Positions 1 to 8,513 of a stretch of 64,000 bases of DNA are shown here, piece after piece (position 1 is the stretch's first letter; each line of letters starts with the position of its first letter). Source of the DNA: Yoonia sp. (GTDB lineage Bacteria > Pseudomonadota > Alphaproteobacteria > Rhodobacterales > Rhodobacteraceae); the NCBI RefSeq assembly GCF_046498525.1, contig NZ_JAWOAN010000097.1, positions 2,567-66,566 on the forward strand, read 5' to 3'. Both the position numbers and the translations under genes were made by a program. The notes below the pieces were generated by a model, which was not told where the DNA came from, searched no databases, and was given only the letters and a program-made list of their open reading frames with translations.

Positions 1-318
1 AAGCATGACCCAATCGGGTGATGCCCCCTCAGGGTAGCGTCCCTTGACCTCTCCTTCAATGGCGACTGAGGTTTCGCCTGTCCGGTTGTCGCGGGTCACG
101 TGGGTCTTGTGCGATACAAAATCAGACAGAAGTATGCGCACGTTGTCGAAACGTGCGCGATCCATCAACCCGGGCACGTCAAATGCAAAGAAAATATAGG
201 CAAAATAGGCCAAGATGACCGCGGGGAAAGCGAAGGATATGATTCGCTTGCGCCGGAAGAGCTGTGTGACCTCATCGCGCAAAACGTTTTGCGTCGGGGT
301 TGCATCCATGACAGTCAT
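1..318 (-). CDS. phnE: Phosphonate ABC transporter permease, second PhnE copy (N-terminal part; gene runs off the left edge)
   Basis: Hand translation of the minus strand from ATG 318-316 gives MTVMDATPTQNVLRDEVTQLFRRKRIISFAFPAVILAYFAYIFFAFDVPG..., open to position 1. ATGA start/stop overlap with the upstream phnE. Sits last in a phnC-phnD-phnE-phnE array. Confidence 0.6.
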   Translation of the reverse strand, partial: MTVMDATPTQNVLRDEVTQLFRRKRIISFAFPAVILAYFAYIFFAFDVPGLMDRARFDNVRILLSDFVSHKTHVTRDNRTGETSVAIEGEVKGRYPEGASPDWVML

Positions 319-1187
319 AGTGCTGCTCCCTTTGTCAGGCGATTGCGGTAGTGGCTTGAAATCTGGTCCACCAGAACAATGGTCAGGAACAACAGCAGGA
401 AGATCGCGATAACCTCGTCATATTTCCCCTGACCCCACTGCATCGCGAGGCGCAGGTCATGCCCGATCCCGCCTTCACCGACGAAGCCCAAAATGGCAGA
501 GGCGCGGATATTGATCTCGAACCGCAAAAGACCGTAGCTCAGCCAGTTGGGCGCGACCTGCGGCACAACGCCAATCAACATACGTTGGGTCCAGTTTGCC
601 CCAACCGAATGCAACCCCTCGATGGGTTTGAGATCGGCGTTCTCGGCCACTTCGGAAAATAGTTTTCCCAAGGCCCCAGTGGTGTGCAATGCAATGGCGA
701 TCATGGCCGGAATAGGCCCGCCGCCAAGTACGAAAATCAGGATCAACGCGATGACAATTTCGGGTATGGCGCGCATCATGTCCATCATGCGGCGAAAAAC
801 CGGGATCAAACGCGGATAACGCGCCAGACCGCGTGTTGACAACAGTGCAAGCACCACGGCGAAAACACCGCCAAACAGTGTCGACACGGCTGCGATATTC
901 ACCGTTTCGATCATCGACGGCAAAAACTCGAAAAATAAGCCCGGTAGGTTTCCGGCTTTGTCGTAGGCCTCGCTGACCACTTCAGCCGGAAAAACGAAAA
1001 CATTCCCGATCCCATCCCAGAACCCGCCAGCATTGCGGCTGTCTGCAATGTTAAAACCAGATGCAAGCAAGGCCACGAACAAGACCAGCAGAATACCGCC
1101 ATACATACGTTTGCGGCGGACCATGGCCATATAGGCGCTCTGCCGGTCTGCGATGGGCGTTGACGAAGACAGGCTCGCGTCGGTCAT
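315..1187 (-). CDS. phnE: Phosphonate ABC transporter permease PhnE
   Basis: ORF 315..1238 has multi-TM permease sequence (…EIVIALILIFVLGGGPIPAMIAIALHTTGALGKLFSEV…). Start moved to the internal ATG (MTDASL) at 1187, which has AAGGGA upstream. Lies downstream of phnD. Confidence 0.85.
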   Translation of the reverse strand: MTDASLSSSTPIADRQSAYMAMVRRKRMYGGILLVLFVALLASGFNIADSRNAGGFWDGIGNVFVFPAEVVSEAYDKAGNLPGLFFEFLPSMIETVNIAAVSTLFGGVFAVVLALLSTRGLARYPRLIPVFRRMMDMMRAIPEIVIALILIFVLGGGPIPAMIAIALHTTGALGKLFSEVAENADLKPIEGLHSVGANWTQRMLIGVVPQVAPNWLSYGLLRFEINIRASAILGFVGEGGIGHDLRLAMQWGQGKYDEVIAIFLLLFLTIVLVDQISSHYRNRLTKGAAL

Positions 1188-1261
1188 GGCTGTCCCTTTT
1201 ATTCTTGTGTGAAGGGTGGCCCAAGCGGGCCACCCCATGTGTCAAAATGATATCGGACTGA

Positions 1262-2173
1262 TCAGTTGCCCTGTTGGGCCAAACGCACCGAGATGATGGT
1301 CTCGTAGGCTTCGTGTGTGATGGGCAAGAAACCAGCAGTTTCACCGGCCGCCATATTATAGGCGCACTGGGCGTCATCGGCATGGAGCGTCGCCAAGAAA
1401 TCGACGATCTCGGTTTTCACATCTTCGGGCAGAGCGCGGCGCAGAACGATCGGACCTTCAGGGATCGTTGCGGATTTCCAGATTTCCACGAGGTCGTTCA
1501 TATCGACCAAACCGGAATCGGATGCCTTGCGCAGCGCACCAGAGTTGTAGCCATCAGCCCAGTCACCCTGACCATCAGCCCAGGTCACACCTGCGTCCAC
1601 GTCGCCATTGTTCACAGCCACGATGGTTTGCTCGTGCCCGCCGACAAAGCGAACCTCTTCAAAGTAATCGCCGCTTTCCATGGTCGCCCCAACGGCCTTG
1701 GGAATTTCGACCGAAGGGATCAGGAAGCCGGAAGTAGAGTTCGGATCGCCAAAGGCAAAGACCTTGCCTGCCATATCTTCCAGCGATGTGATGCCGCTGT
1801 CTGCGCGGGCGAAACCGATGGAATGGTAGCCGTAAGAGCCGTCAAGGTTCGTCTTCACCATGACGACGTCAACTGCTTCAGGATCTGTCAGGTAGGTCTT
1901 TGCATAGGCAGAGGCACCCAACCATGCCATGTCGATCGTGCCGCCCAGAAGACCCTGGATCACGCCGTCGTAGTCGGCCGGAGTGAAAATCTTGGTTTCC
2001 ACGCCCAGACGCTCTTCGATATAGGCGCGGACGCATTCGTTGCTTGTCATGCGATCCTGGGCGTTTTCACCACCCAGAATACCGATGCGGAACTCGGTGA
2101 TTGCGTGGCCGTCTGCAAATGCAGGTGCGGCCAATGCTGTAGTAGCCAGAGCGGCTGCGATAAACTTTTTCAT
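1262..2173 (-). CDS. phnD: Phosphonate ABC transporter periplasmic substrate-binding protein PhnD
   Basis: Signal peptide MKKFIAAALATTALAAPAFA, then PhnD-like sequence (FRIGILGGEN…GYHSIGFARADSGI…FGDPNSTSGFLIP). GGAGA lies before the ATG at 2173. Confidence 0.85.
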   Translation of the reverse strand: MKKFIAAALATTALAAPAFADGHAITEFRIGILGGENAQDRMTSNECVRAYIEERLGVETKIFTPADYDGVIQGLLGGTIDMAWLGASAYAKTYLTDPEAVDVVMVKTNLDGSYGYHSIGFARADSGITSLEDMAGKVFAFGDPNSTSGFLIPSVEIPKAVGATMESGDYFEEVRFVGGHEQTIVAVNNGDVDAGVTWADGQGDWADGYNSGALRKASDSGLVDMNDLVEIWKSATIPEGPIVLRRALPEDVKTEIVDFLATLHADDAQCAYNMAAGETAGFLPITHEAYETIISVRLAQQGN

Positions 2174-2223
2174 CGGTGTCTCCATGGATGAAGTGTGCGC
2201 GCCATTTGGCGCATTGAACTGGC

Positions 2224-3045
2224 TCAGACGTAGGCTTCGGCCTCGCGAATGGGTTGTCTGTCCAGCGTTTCGATTTCGGTGGAAGTCGCGGCTTCGGAAA
2301 AATCCGCACCCGCCCCGTAAATATCGCGCGCCACCCCGGTGGTGAGCTGCTGCGGCGTGCCGTCAAAGACGATCTTGCCGTCGCGCATTCCGATCACGCG
2401 GTCACAATAGCGCCGTGCCGTATCCAGTGTGTGCAGGTTGGCAATGACAGTGCGGCCGTCTTCTTCGTGAATACGTCGCAGGGATTGCATCACGACCTGC
2501 GCGTTCATCGGATCAAGGCTGGCAATGGGTTCGTCAGCTAGAATGATCCGAGGGTCCTGCATCAAGGCACGCGCAATGGCGACGCGCTGTTGCTGACCAC
2601 CCGACAGGGCCTCGGCCCGTTTCGGGGCTTGCTCGGCAATGCCAAGGCGGTCGAGAATTTCGATTGCTTTGTGAATATCGGACTGGGGATAGAGGTTGAA
2701 CATCGTCGCCATCGTAGAGCGGCGGTTCAGCGTGCCGTGCAGGACGTTGGATACCACATCCATACGTGGGACCAGATTGAACTGCTGAAAGATCATGGCG
2801 CAGCGGGATTGCCATCCGCGCCGTGCCGTACCGCGCAGCGACGTCACGTCTTCCCCCTCGAATGTGATTGCGCCTTCCGATGCATCACTAAGCCGGTTGA
2901 CCATTCGCAAAAGCGTCGATTTGCCTGCGCCGGAACGACCGATGATCCCGATCATCGTTGGTTTGCCCACGGATATATTCGCAGAGTCTACGGCAGTCTT
3001 GTCACCAAATCGCTTGGTCAGGTTTTCAATCGTCAGCATCATCAT
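2224..3045 (-). CDS. phnC: Phosphonate ABC transporter ATP-binding protein PhnC
   Basis: Walker [13 protein letters not shown], signature [15 protein letters not shown], Walker B ILADEP. The family N-terminus begins at [13 protein letters not shown] (ATG triplet 3037-3045), so the longer ORF to 3201 is probably an artefactual extension. Confidence 0.9.
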   Translation of the reverse strand: MMMLTIENLTKRFGDKTAVDSANISVGKPTMIGIIGRSGAGKSTLLRMVNRLSDASEGAITFEGEDVTSLRGTARRGWQSRCAMIFQQFNLVPRMDVVSNVLHGTLNRRSTMATMFNLYPQSDIHKAIEILDRLGIAEQAPKRAEALSGGQQQRVAIARALMQDPRIILADEPIASLDPMNAQVVMQSLRRIHEEDGRTVIANLHTLDTARRYCDRVIGMRDGKIVFDGTPQQLTTGVARDIYGAGADFSEAATSTEIETLDRQPIREAEAYV

Positions 3046-3210
3046 CCCCACAGCTTCGGGGGACAGATAATCGGTGAACTCAAAACTTCTGTGACGATCC
3101 GGATTCAGTTTTGCGACAAACTTGTAAGGGTTTTGCAACGGTTGCCTGCGCATCGAAGCGATGTTCACCATGACACCGCACGACCGCAAAATATCGCTCA
3201 TACGGCATAA

Positions 3211-3230
3211 TTGTCATAAATCTGTTACAT
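3211..3230 (+). promoter_or_regulatory. Pho-box-like direct repeat (candidate PhoB site)
   Basis: TTGTCATAAATCTGTTACAT has TGTCAT and TGTTAC spaced 11 bp apart, close to the enterobacterial/alphaproteobacterial Pho box CTGTCAT-N4-CTGTCAT. It lies in the divergent region between phnC and the small secreted-protein gene. Confidence 0.45.
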
Positions 3231-3258
3231 TTTCTGATGGCTGGTTTATGATTGGTGG

Positions 3259-3552
3259 ATGATGGTACGGATCTTATTTCTTACTGCGGCCATGTTCGTG
3301 GTGCCACTTGCCGCGCCAGCACAACTGGCGAATGTGGACTGCGACGACAGTGACCGTTTGACCAACATGCTCGAAGATGTGCTGGGGGCGCAACGGCGTG
3401 CGTTCGGCCTGCGCGATCCTGAAACCGTTCTGGAAATCTGGATTCATCCACGGACCAGCGAATGGACCATCGTTCAGAACTATGCCAATGGCACCTCTTG
3501 CATAGTTGCAATGGGTGATAACTGGGAAGCGCTGCCGGCTGCTCCTGCCTGA
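3259..3552 (+). CDS. Small secreted hypothetical protein (97 aa, signal peptide, two Cys)
   Basis: N-terminal MMVRILFLTAAMFVVPLAAPAQL looks like a Sec signal. No family recognised. Starts about 29 nt after the Pho-box-like site. Confidence 0.55.
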   Translation: MMVRILFLTAAMFVVPLAAPAQLANVDCDDSDRLTNMLEDVLGAQRRAFGLRDPETVLEIWIHPRTSEWTIVQNYANGTSCIVAMGDNWEALPAAPA

Positions 3553-3770
3553 CGACACCCTGTGCAAGTCGGCCTTCGGTTCATCCAGAGCTGCCGGAAA
3601 CGTAGGTCGCGCATCGCTGTCTTTGAAATCAGTCGCGGGCGGACTGTAGCCAGTCCACCCGCATTACCCTTCGGGGATGATATCCATGTTTACGGGATAT
3701 GGGTCAGCTGCAATCGCCGAGGGAGGCGCAGCAACTGGTCGGCTGTGCCATGCCTATCATCAAACGGCGC

Positions 3771-3980
3771 TTAGCAGTCTCGGCAGGTCTTGAGGCCAAT
3801 GATGCTGTAAAGCGGACAACTCCCCACAAGGGCCGTCAGCGCGAAAACGGCAGCAACGATGACGGCGAGCCAGAAGAGGATGCCGGTGCCAAGTACATTC
3901 GTGCCCACCGCCAGAAACAGCAGCACCGCTGCAATCGCCAACCGCCCGACGCGGTCGATTTTTCCCATATTCGTTGTCAT
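3771..3980 (-). CDS. DUF2892 (YgaP-like transmembrane domain) small membrane protein
   Basis: MTTNMGKIDRVGRLAIAAVLLFLAVG…GSCPLYSIIGLKTC matches the DUF2892 pattern (N.G..DR..R…CP.Y…G). GGAG lies 8 nt before the ATG at 3980. Confidence 0.7.
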   Translation of the reverse strand: MTTNMGKIDRVGRLAIAAVLLFLAVGTNVLGTGILFWLAVIVAAVFALTALVGSCPLYSIIGLKTCRDC

Positions 3981-4083
3981 GTCACACTCCATTGCGAATC
4001 AATAAAATGATACTCGCATGGCAAGGACCGGCGGTTCGGTGACTAGGTCACCAAACTTGCCCAAGCCGAAACAAGGACAGGTA

Positions 4084-4764
4084 TCAGGCCTGTATGCCAG
4101 ATGATTTGACCAGCCGTTCGAGGCCCTCTTTGCCAAGCAGGTGGACCTCACCCCGGGACTGCTCGATCCAGCCGCGCCGGTGAAATTCGGACAATGTTCT
4201 CGAGACCACTTCGCGCGCCGTTCCCAGTTCTGTGCCAAGGACAGCATGTGTGGCATGGACAACGCCCTTGGTATCCGCCAACTCCAGCAAGCGCGCAGCC
4301 AAGCGCACGTCCATGCGCTGAAAAACGATATCGTCGATGAGTGTGAACAGATCGGTGATCCGGCGCGAATAGGCCGTAAAGACAAACGCCCGAAACAACG
4401 GCGACTTGCCTACCAGATCGTCGAAAGTCTTGCGCGGGATCGCAACAGCGGTGACATCCGTCTCCGATCTCCCTTCCGCCGAGTAATTCTCGAAGGCCAG
4501 CATACAGGCTGTCGTTAATACGCAGCTTTCACCGGCGTGGACCCGGTACAAAAAGACTTCGCGACCGGTTTCGGATTTTTGCTGGACCTTCACGGACCCG
4601 TCCAGAAGTAGCCAGAGATTATCGGCCGTTCCCCCCGGTGCAAAAATCTCTGTCCCGGCGGGCACAGCGACAATCTTGCTGCCCGCTTCCAGTTCGGCCC
4701 GTATTTCGGCCGGAAGGCCGCTCAGTCCATTGAATTTATCGACCCAGGAATTGTCCATACTCAT
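4084..4764 (-). CDS. Crp/Fnr family transcriptional regulator (no N-terminal Cys cluster)
   Basis: A cNMP-binding-like beta-barrel region, then a C-terminal HTH …THAVLGTELGTAREVVSRTLSEFHRRGWI with the E--SR recognition motif typical of FNR-box binders. Start set at MSMDNSW (4764). Confidence 0.8.
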   Translation of the reverse strand: MSMDNSWVDKFNGLSGLPAEIRAELEAGSKIVAVPAGTEIFAPGGTADNLWLLLDGSVKVQQKSETGREVFLYRVHAGESCVLTTACMLAFENYSAEGRSETDVTAVAIPRKTFDDLVGKSPLFRAFVFTAYSRRITDLFTLIDDIVFQRMDVRLAARLLELADTKGVVHATHAVLGTELGTAREVVSRTLSEFHRRGWIEQSRGEVHLLGKEGLERLVKSSGIQA

Positions 4765-4867
4765 GTTCCTTTGACTTTGGCCAAGCGATGCGATGACCAT
4801 AGTATGTATATGTAAATCATGGAAATTGATTGTATCACGCATGGTTATTCAGCAATTCGATCACGGC

Positions 4868-5041
4868 ATGATGACGGTCCGCCAGCTTCGCTTTCTGACT
4901 GCCGTCTACGAAACGCAGAGTTTCTTACGTGCCGCCGACATCAGTCACCTCGCCCAATCTATGCTGTTGACCGGTTTGTAAGCGCTTGAGAAGCGTCGGG
5001 GTGTACGGCTCCGGAACGTTCGAGGCAAAGTCTGCCCATGA
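4868..5041 (+). pseudogene. LysR-family regulator remnant (HTH region only, in-frame stop, no effector domain)
   Basis: MMTVRQLRFLTAVYETQSFLRAADISHLAQSMLLTGL*ALEKRRGVRLRNVRGKVCP* follows the LysR N-terminal pattern (RQLRyF.AV.E.gSF.rAA…S.L…LE..lGv.LF.R.G). It is broken by TAA at 4979 and ends at 5041. Confidence 0.5.
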
Positions 5042-5174
5042 CTCCGCCAGGGCGCGATCAAGCCGACAGGAGATGCACTATTTAGGCGGAAGTACACGAT
5101 TTTGAAGGCCGTGCATCGCGCAGTGCAAGATAACCCATCAAGTTTTGATGCAGGAACCCCTTTCGGGTTTTCAG

Positions 5175-6149
5175 TCAGTCAGGTTGGCAGATCTCTCCGG
5201 CCAGCGCCGCACGGGTTGTGCGCATCGCAAGGGCGACGATGGTGATGACAAGCAAAGCAAGCAGGACGAACCCTGCCACGCGGTAGCCCTCAGCCCCAGT
5301 CAGCGCTGCATAGCGAAAGGTTGCGGTCGTCATTGCCGCAAGCGGAAACGAAAGCGCCCAGAAGGATATCGCGAACGGCAGACGCAGCAGGGCCGGCACC
5401 TGAACCACCACCAATGCAGTGAAGAACAAGCCAATATTGAAAAGGATATGGGCCACCGCATCGATCCGGGCACCGTTCAATTCCATCCATGCCAGAAAGG
5501 CGACAGACGGCGGCGCAATCAAGATCACCAGTGTAGGTCGCAAATTTCCGGGAAGCGGGTCGTGAAAAATCAACCGGTTGAAGACCAGCGTCAGCAGGAT
5601 GATCCAGAAAAGCAACCCGACCGAGAAAAAATACCAGCCAACCTCTGGCAAACCCAGATGCACCGCGCCCAACGGGACAATCACATTCGCCACTGCAGGA
5701 ATGAACCATGCGGGCGACAACATGCCCGGACCAAACGCACGATGGGATATCCATGTCGATACGATGACCACCGTCAGAACCGCCTGTATCACCGCCCCCA
5801 CGATCCAGAACCCGGCTGAAAAAACCGGAAATGCATCTTGTGACAGCAGGGACAGCATCAACAGCGAGATATTCGCAGCCGGAAAAAACGACAGTTTGAC
5901 CGGATGTTTCCATTCTTCCGCAACCTGCCCCGGATACCGGAGCACCTTGAGTGCGTAGAGGCCGTAAAGCATGACCAAGATGACCAAAGAGAGAATGGTG
6001 ACGAACCCGGATGTAGCTGCAAACCCTGCGGCACGCAGTGCGAGGGCCAACCCGAAAACACCCATCGAGATGCCAAAAAATGTGATAGGGAAGTGCGCGA
6101 GCCAAGGTGCCGGGGCCTCGTTGACCTGCGAAGTATTGGTGGTGCTCAT
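5175..6149 (-). CDS. TehA/SLAC1-type (TDT family) anion channel/transporter
   Basis: 324-aa protein with about 10 TM helices. The N-terminus …LAHFPITFFGISMGVFGLALALR is typical of tellurite-resistance/C4-dicarboxylate transporter family proteins. Confidence 0.75.
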   Translation of the reverse strand: MSTTNTSQVNEAPAPWLAHFPITFFGISMGVFGLALALRAAGFAATSGFVTILSLVILVMLYGLYALKVLRYPGQVAEEWKHPVKLSFFPAANISLLMLSLLSQDAFPVFSAGFWIVGAVIQAVLTVVIVSTWISHRAFGPGMLSPAWFIPAVANVIVPLGAVHLGLPEVGWYFFSVGLLFWIILLTLVFNRLIFHDPLPGNLRPTLVILIAPPSVAFLAWMELNGARIDAVAHILFNIGLFFTALVVVQVPALLRLPFAISFWALSFPLAAMTTATFRYAALTGAEGYRVAGFVLLALLVITIVALAMRTTRAALAGEICQPD

Positions 6150-6188
6150 TGCCGGTGACCTCTTGTCAGGAGCTGTTTGTGCAGTGTT

Positions 6189-6548
6189 TCACACATCTTT
6201 CGTGCGCTTTGAACCAAATAGCGATTCAAGCGTGTAGACAAGGATCGCCATGCCGATCGCACCGGTCACGGCAATGCCGAGAAAGACGATCACGTCAACC
6301 GGACCGCCAATATCTGCAAGGCGCGACTTTGTCATTACCATCACAAACCAAACGGCGAGTACTGCGCCAAGGGGCATCGAAAGCTGCGCCAGAAAAAATT
6401 TCCTCCAACTGACCGACCGGTCGCGAATGAGAACATAGAGATATCCCAGCGTGACCGCTGCTGCGGCCGCAACCATCATCCAGAACAAACCACGCCCGAA
6501 GATTTCTTCGAAAACGGCGATCAGGGTTTCAAACGTAAGTTCTTGCAT
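6189..6548 (-). CDS. Hypothetical small membrane protein (about 3 TM helices)
   Basis: 119-aa hydrophobic ORF packed between the SQR and TehA-like genes on the same strand. No family recognised. Confidence 0.55.
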   Translation of the reverse strand: MQELTFETLIAVFEEIFGRGLFWMMVAAAAAVTLGYLYVLIRDRSVSWRKFFLAQLSMPLGAVLAVWFVMVMTKSRLADIGGPVDVIVFLGIAVTGAIGMAILVYTLESLFGSKRTKDV

Positions 6549-6559
6549 CTTTGTTCTCC

Positions 6560-7861
6560 TCAGGCCCGGCCACGTAGCATGGCGTTATAGGTTGCTTTGA
6601 GCGCAATCTCTTTCATCAGCCAGCTAATCCACAGTTCTTCCAGTGGCGCGATCACGCCGGGGAAAGACGGCACCAGATTGTTATGGTAGTCGAATTCCAC
6701 CAGCATCGCGCGGCCGATGCGGGTGATCAGCGGGCAGGATGTATAGCCGTCATAGGTCGCTGTTCCCTCACGGCCCTCAATGCCTGCAACGATATGATCC
6801 TCGACCACGGGTACCTGCCATTTGACACTGGCGGCGGTCTTGCCCTTTGGCACACCGGCGACATCACCCAAGGCAAAGATTTCTGGATAGCGCAGGTGGC
6901 GCAGGGTTTGCATGTCCGCCTCGACCCAGCCTTGATCCACCCATTTGTCGGCCCAAGAGAGGCCGGACCTTGTCACGAAGGCGGGGGCACGCTGTGGCGG
7001 AATGACGTGGATATAATCGTAATTCACCTCCTCAGTACCCGTCTCAGTCGCGAAGGTGGCACGTTTTGCGCTTGCATCAATCGCCATCAATGTGCGGTTC
7101 ATCATCGTTTCAACGCCGCGGTCCTCGAACAGCATACGCACTTTTTCAGCAACGATAGGCACACCGAAAAGCGATGATTGCGGCGCGGCGTATATCATAT
7201 TCACACGGCCCGCGTTGCCTGCCCGCCGCGCGATATCGTCGATCAGGAACGTATGCTTGAGTGGCGCGCCGGCGCATTTCATCTCGGTTGCGGGGCGCGT
7301 AAAAATCCCCGTGCCGCCTTCCTCGGTAAACCGGCTGGCCGCTGTCCATGTCCGCGCGGCGTATTCCGGCCCCGCATAAAGCGCGCCGATGCCGTTTTCA
7401 CCGACCATATCAAGATTGAAGCCTTCAATGGAATCGTGATCCAGAACCAGCCCCGGTGAGACAACAAGCCAGTCGTAGCCAATCTTGGTGCCACTTTCGG
7501 TCGATACCGTCTTCGCTTCCGCATCCACAGCCGCGACGCGTTCGGGCAGCCATGTTACGCCCTCCGGCAACCATTGCGCCGTATCCGAGACCACGTAGCT
7601 GGCAGGCTTCAGACCCGTTGCCACCAACGACAAACCCGGTTGATAAAGATGGTTCCGGCGCGGATCGATCAGCGTTATCCGCGCGCCATCAAGGCGACGC
7701 ACCAGCCGGTTGGCCAGCGTCGTTCCTGCGGCCCCTGCCCCGATGATCACGATGCGCGCCGATGTCTGGACCGATTGCGCATGTGCTGCTGGGTTTTGGA
7801 AAACGAGCGCCGACGCGGCACCCCCCGCAACGGCCGCTGCAAGAAATCTTCTTCTATCCAT
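6560..7861 (-). CDS. sqr: Sulfide:quinone oxidoreductase, type II (SQRDL-like), with a twin-arginine signal
   Basis: MDRRRFLAAAVAGGAASALVF Tat-type signal, FAD fold IVIIGAGAAGTT, and a C-terminus …GYTSCPLITRIGRAMLVEFDY…SFP…MLRG resembling mitochondrial-type SQR. GGAGGG lies before the ATG at 7861. Confidence 0.75.
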   Translation of the reverse strand: MDRRRFLAAAVAGGAASALVFQNPAAHAQSVQTSARIVIIGAGAAGTTLANRLVRRLDGARITLIDPRRNHLYQPGLSLVATGLKPASYVVSDTAQWLPEGVTWLPERVAAVDAEAKTVSTESGTKIGYDWLVVSPGLVLDHDSIEGFNLDMVGENGIGALYAGPEYAARTWTAASRFTEEGGTGIFTRPATEMKCAGAPLKHTFLIDDIARRAGNAGRVNMIYAAPQSSLFGVPIVAEKVRMLFEDRGVETMMNRTLMAIDASAKRATFATETGTEEVNYDYIHVIPPQRAPAFVTRSGLSWADKWVDQGWVEADMQTLRHLRYPEIFALGDVAGVPKGKTAASVKWQVPVVEDHIVAGIEGREGTATYDGYTSCPLITRIGRAMLVEFDYHNNLVPSFPGVIAPLEELWISWLMKEIALKATYNAMLRGRA

Positions 7862-7924
7862 TTTTCCCTCCTTCGGTGAGGACGCGCCGACCTTCGGCAC
7901 ACCGCCACAGCATTACGTTATTTA

Positions 7925-7938
7925 TTGATGACCATCGG
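7925..7938. promoter_or_regulatory. FNR/CRP-type half-palindrome TTGAT-N4-ATCGG upstream of sqr
   Basis: TTGATGACCATCGG matches 8 of 10 consensus positions of TTGAT-N4-ATCAA and lies about 65 nt upstream of the sqr start. A Crp/Fnr regulator with the E--SR motif is encoded 3 kb away. Confidence 0.25.
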
Positions 7939-7945
7939 TGTCGGT

Positions 7946-8317
7946 TCATCGACTTCTTCGGCAAGCCAAGAGACTGTCCGGATAGACTGTCGACCGATGC
8001 GTGTTTAACGGCTGGGGCAACAAGGCACTTGCCGCCATGTGTGCGCAGAAGACGTTCACGCCGTGTTTCCCAGCTTTCGGTTTGGGGAACATCCTCAAAA
8101 CGGGCCTTTGCGGATGTACTTGCGCATGAAGCCCGACAGCATGATCAGCAGGTCGGCGACGCTGAAGTGGCTGGCCGAAAAAGAACGGGCCCACGAAGGT
8201 CGCTTCGAGGAAAAAGGCGATCAACCCCGCGACGGCAAGAAGCGCACCGAAAATGAAGTGATACATAGATGTCATTGCAGCTTGCAGGCGTGACAGCTCA
8301 ACAACGTCTCTTTCCAT
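7946..8317 (-). pseudogene. cydA: Cytochrome bd oxidase subunit I (cydA) remnant with internal deletions and a frameshift
   Basis: MERDVVELSRLQAAMTSMYHFIF… matches the CydA N-terminus (VELSRLQFA.TAMYHFLF). It jumps directly to GLIAFFLEATFVGPFFFG, which matches CydA around residue 100 (GLMAFFLESTFVGLFFFGW). A +1-frame piece …ADLLIMLSGFMRKYIRKGPF* tentatively resembles the CydA C-terminal tail. No cydB follows. Confidence 0.55.
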
Positions 8318-8513
8318 TTGTGCAAGTCCTTTTGCCTTTGGCCAACAAGGAGCCGCTTTAAGCGACTCGTATTATGGTTGTATCGCGGCAATCTGGACTG
8401 CGTTTTGTCAAACGGACGGTGACATCGTCACCAAGTAACGGGTTTTTTTACGCACGCCCCCGCAATCAGCGCACTGCGTTGCAGCAAAACACCATGATGT
8501 CGCGCAGTTCGAT

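Noticed and set aside
3046-3201. Upstream extension of phnC (start at 3201). Analogous long N-terminal extensions occur in the track for mrpE, mrpC, mrpA, rpsA, ihfB, GT4, sqr and crp.
   Set aside because: The family N-termini and Shine-Dalgarno sequences fit internal starts. Several of the extensions would also overlap the preceding gene.
3635-3662. 12-bp stem hairpin GCGGGCGGACTG-TAGC-CAGTCCACCCGC as a terminator.
   Set aside because: It has no adjacent T-tract on either strand and lies 80-110 nt from the nearest stop codons. It may be structural but cannot be called a terminator with confidence.
4826-4842. FNR-like sequence TTGATTGTATCAC upstream of the Crp/Fnr gene.
   Set aside because: The half-site spacing is wrong (TGAT-N3-ATCA instead of TTGAT-N4-ATCAA) and the second half-site is poor.
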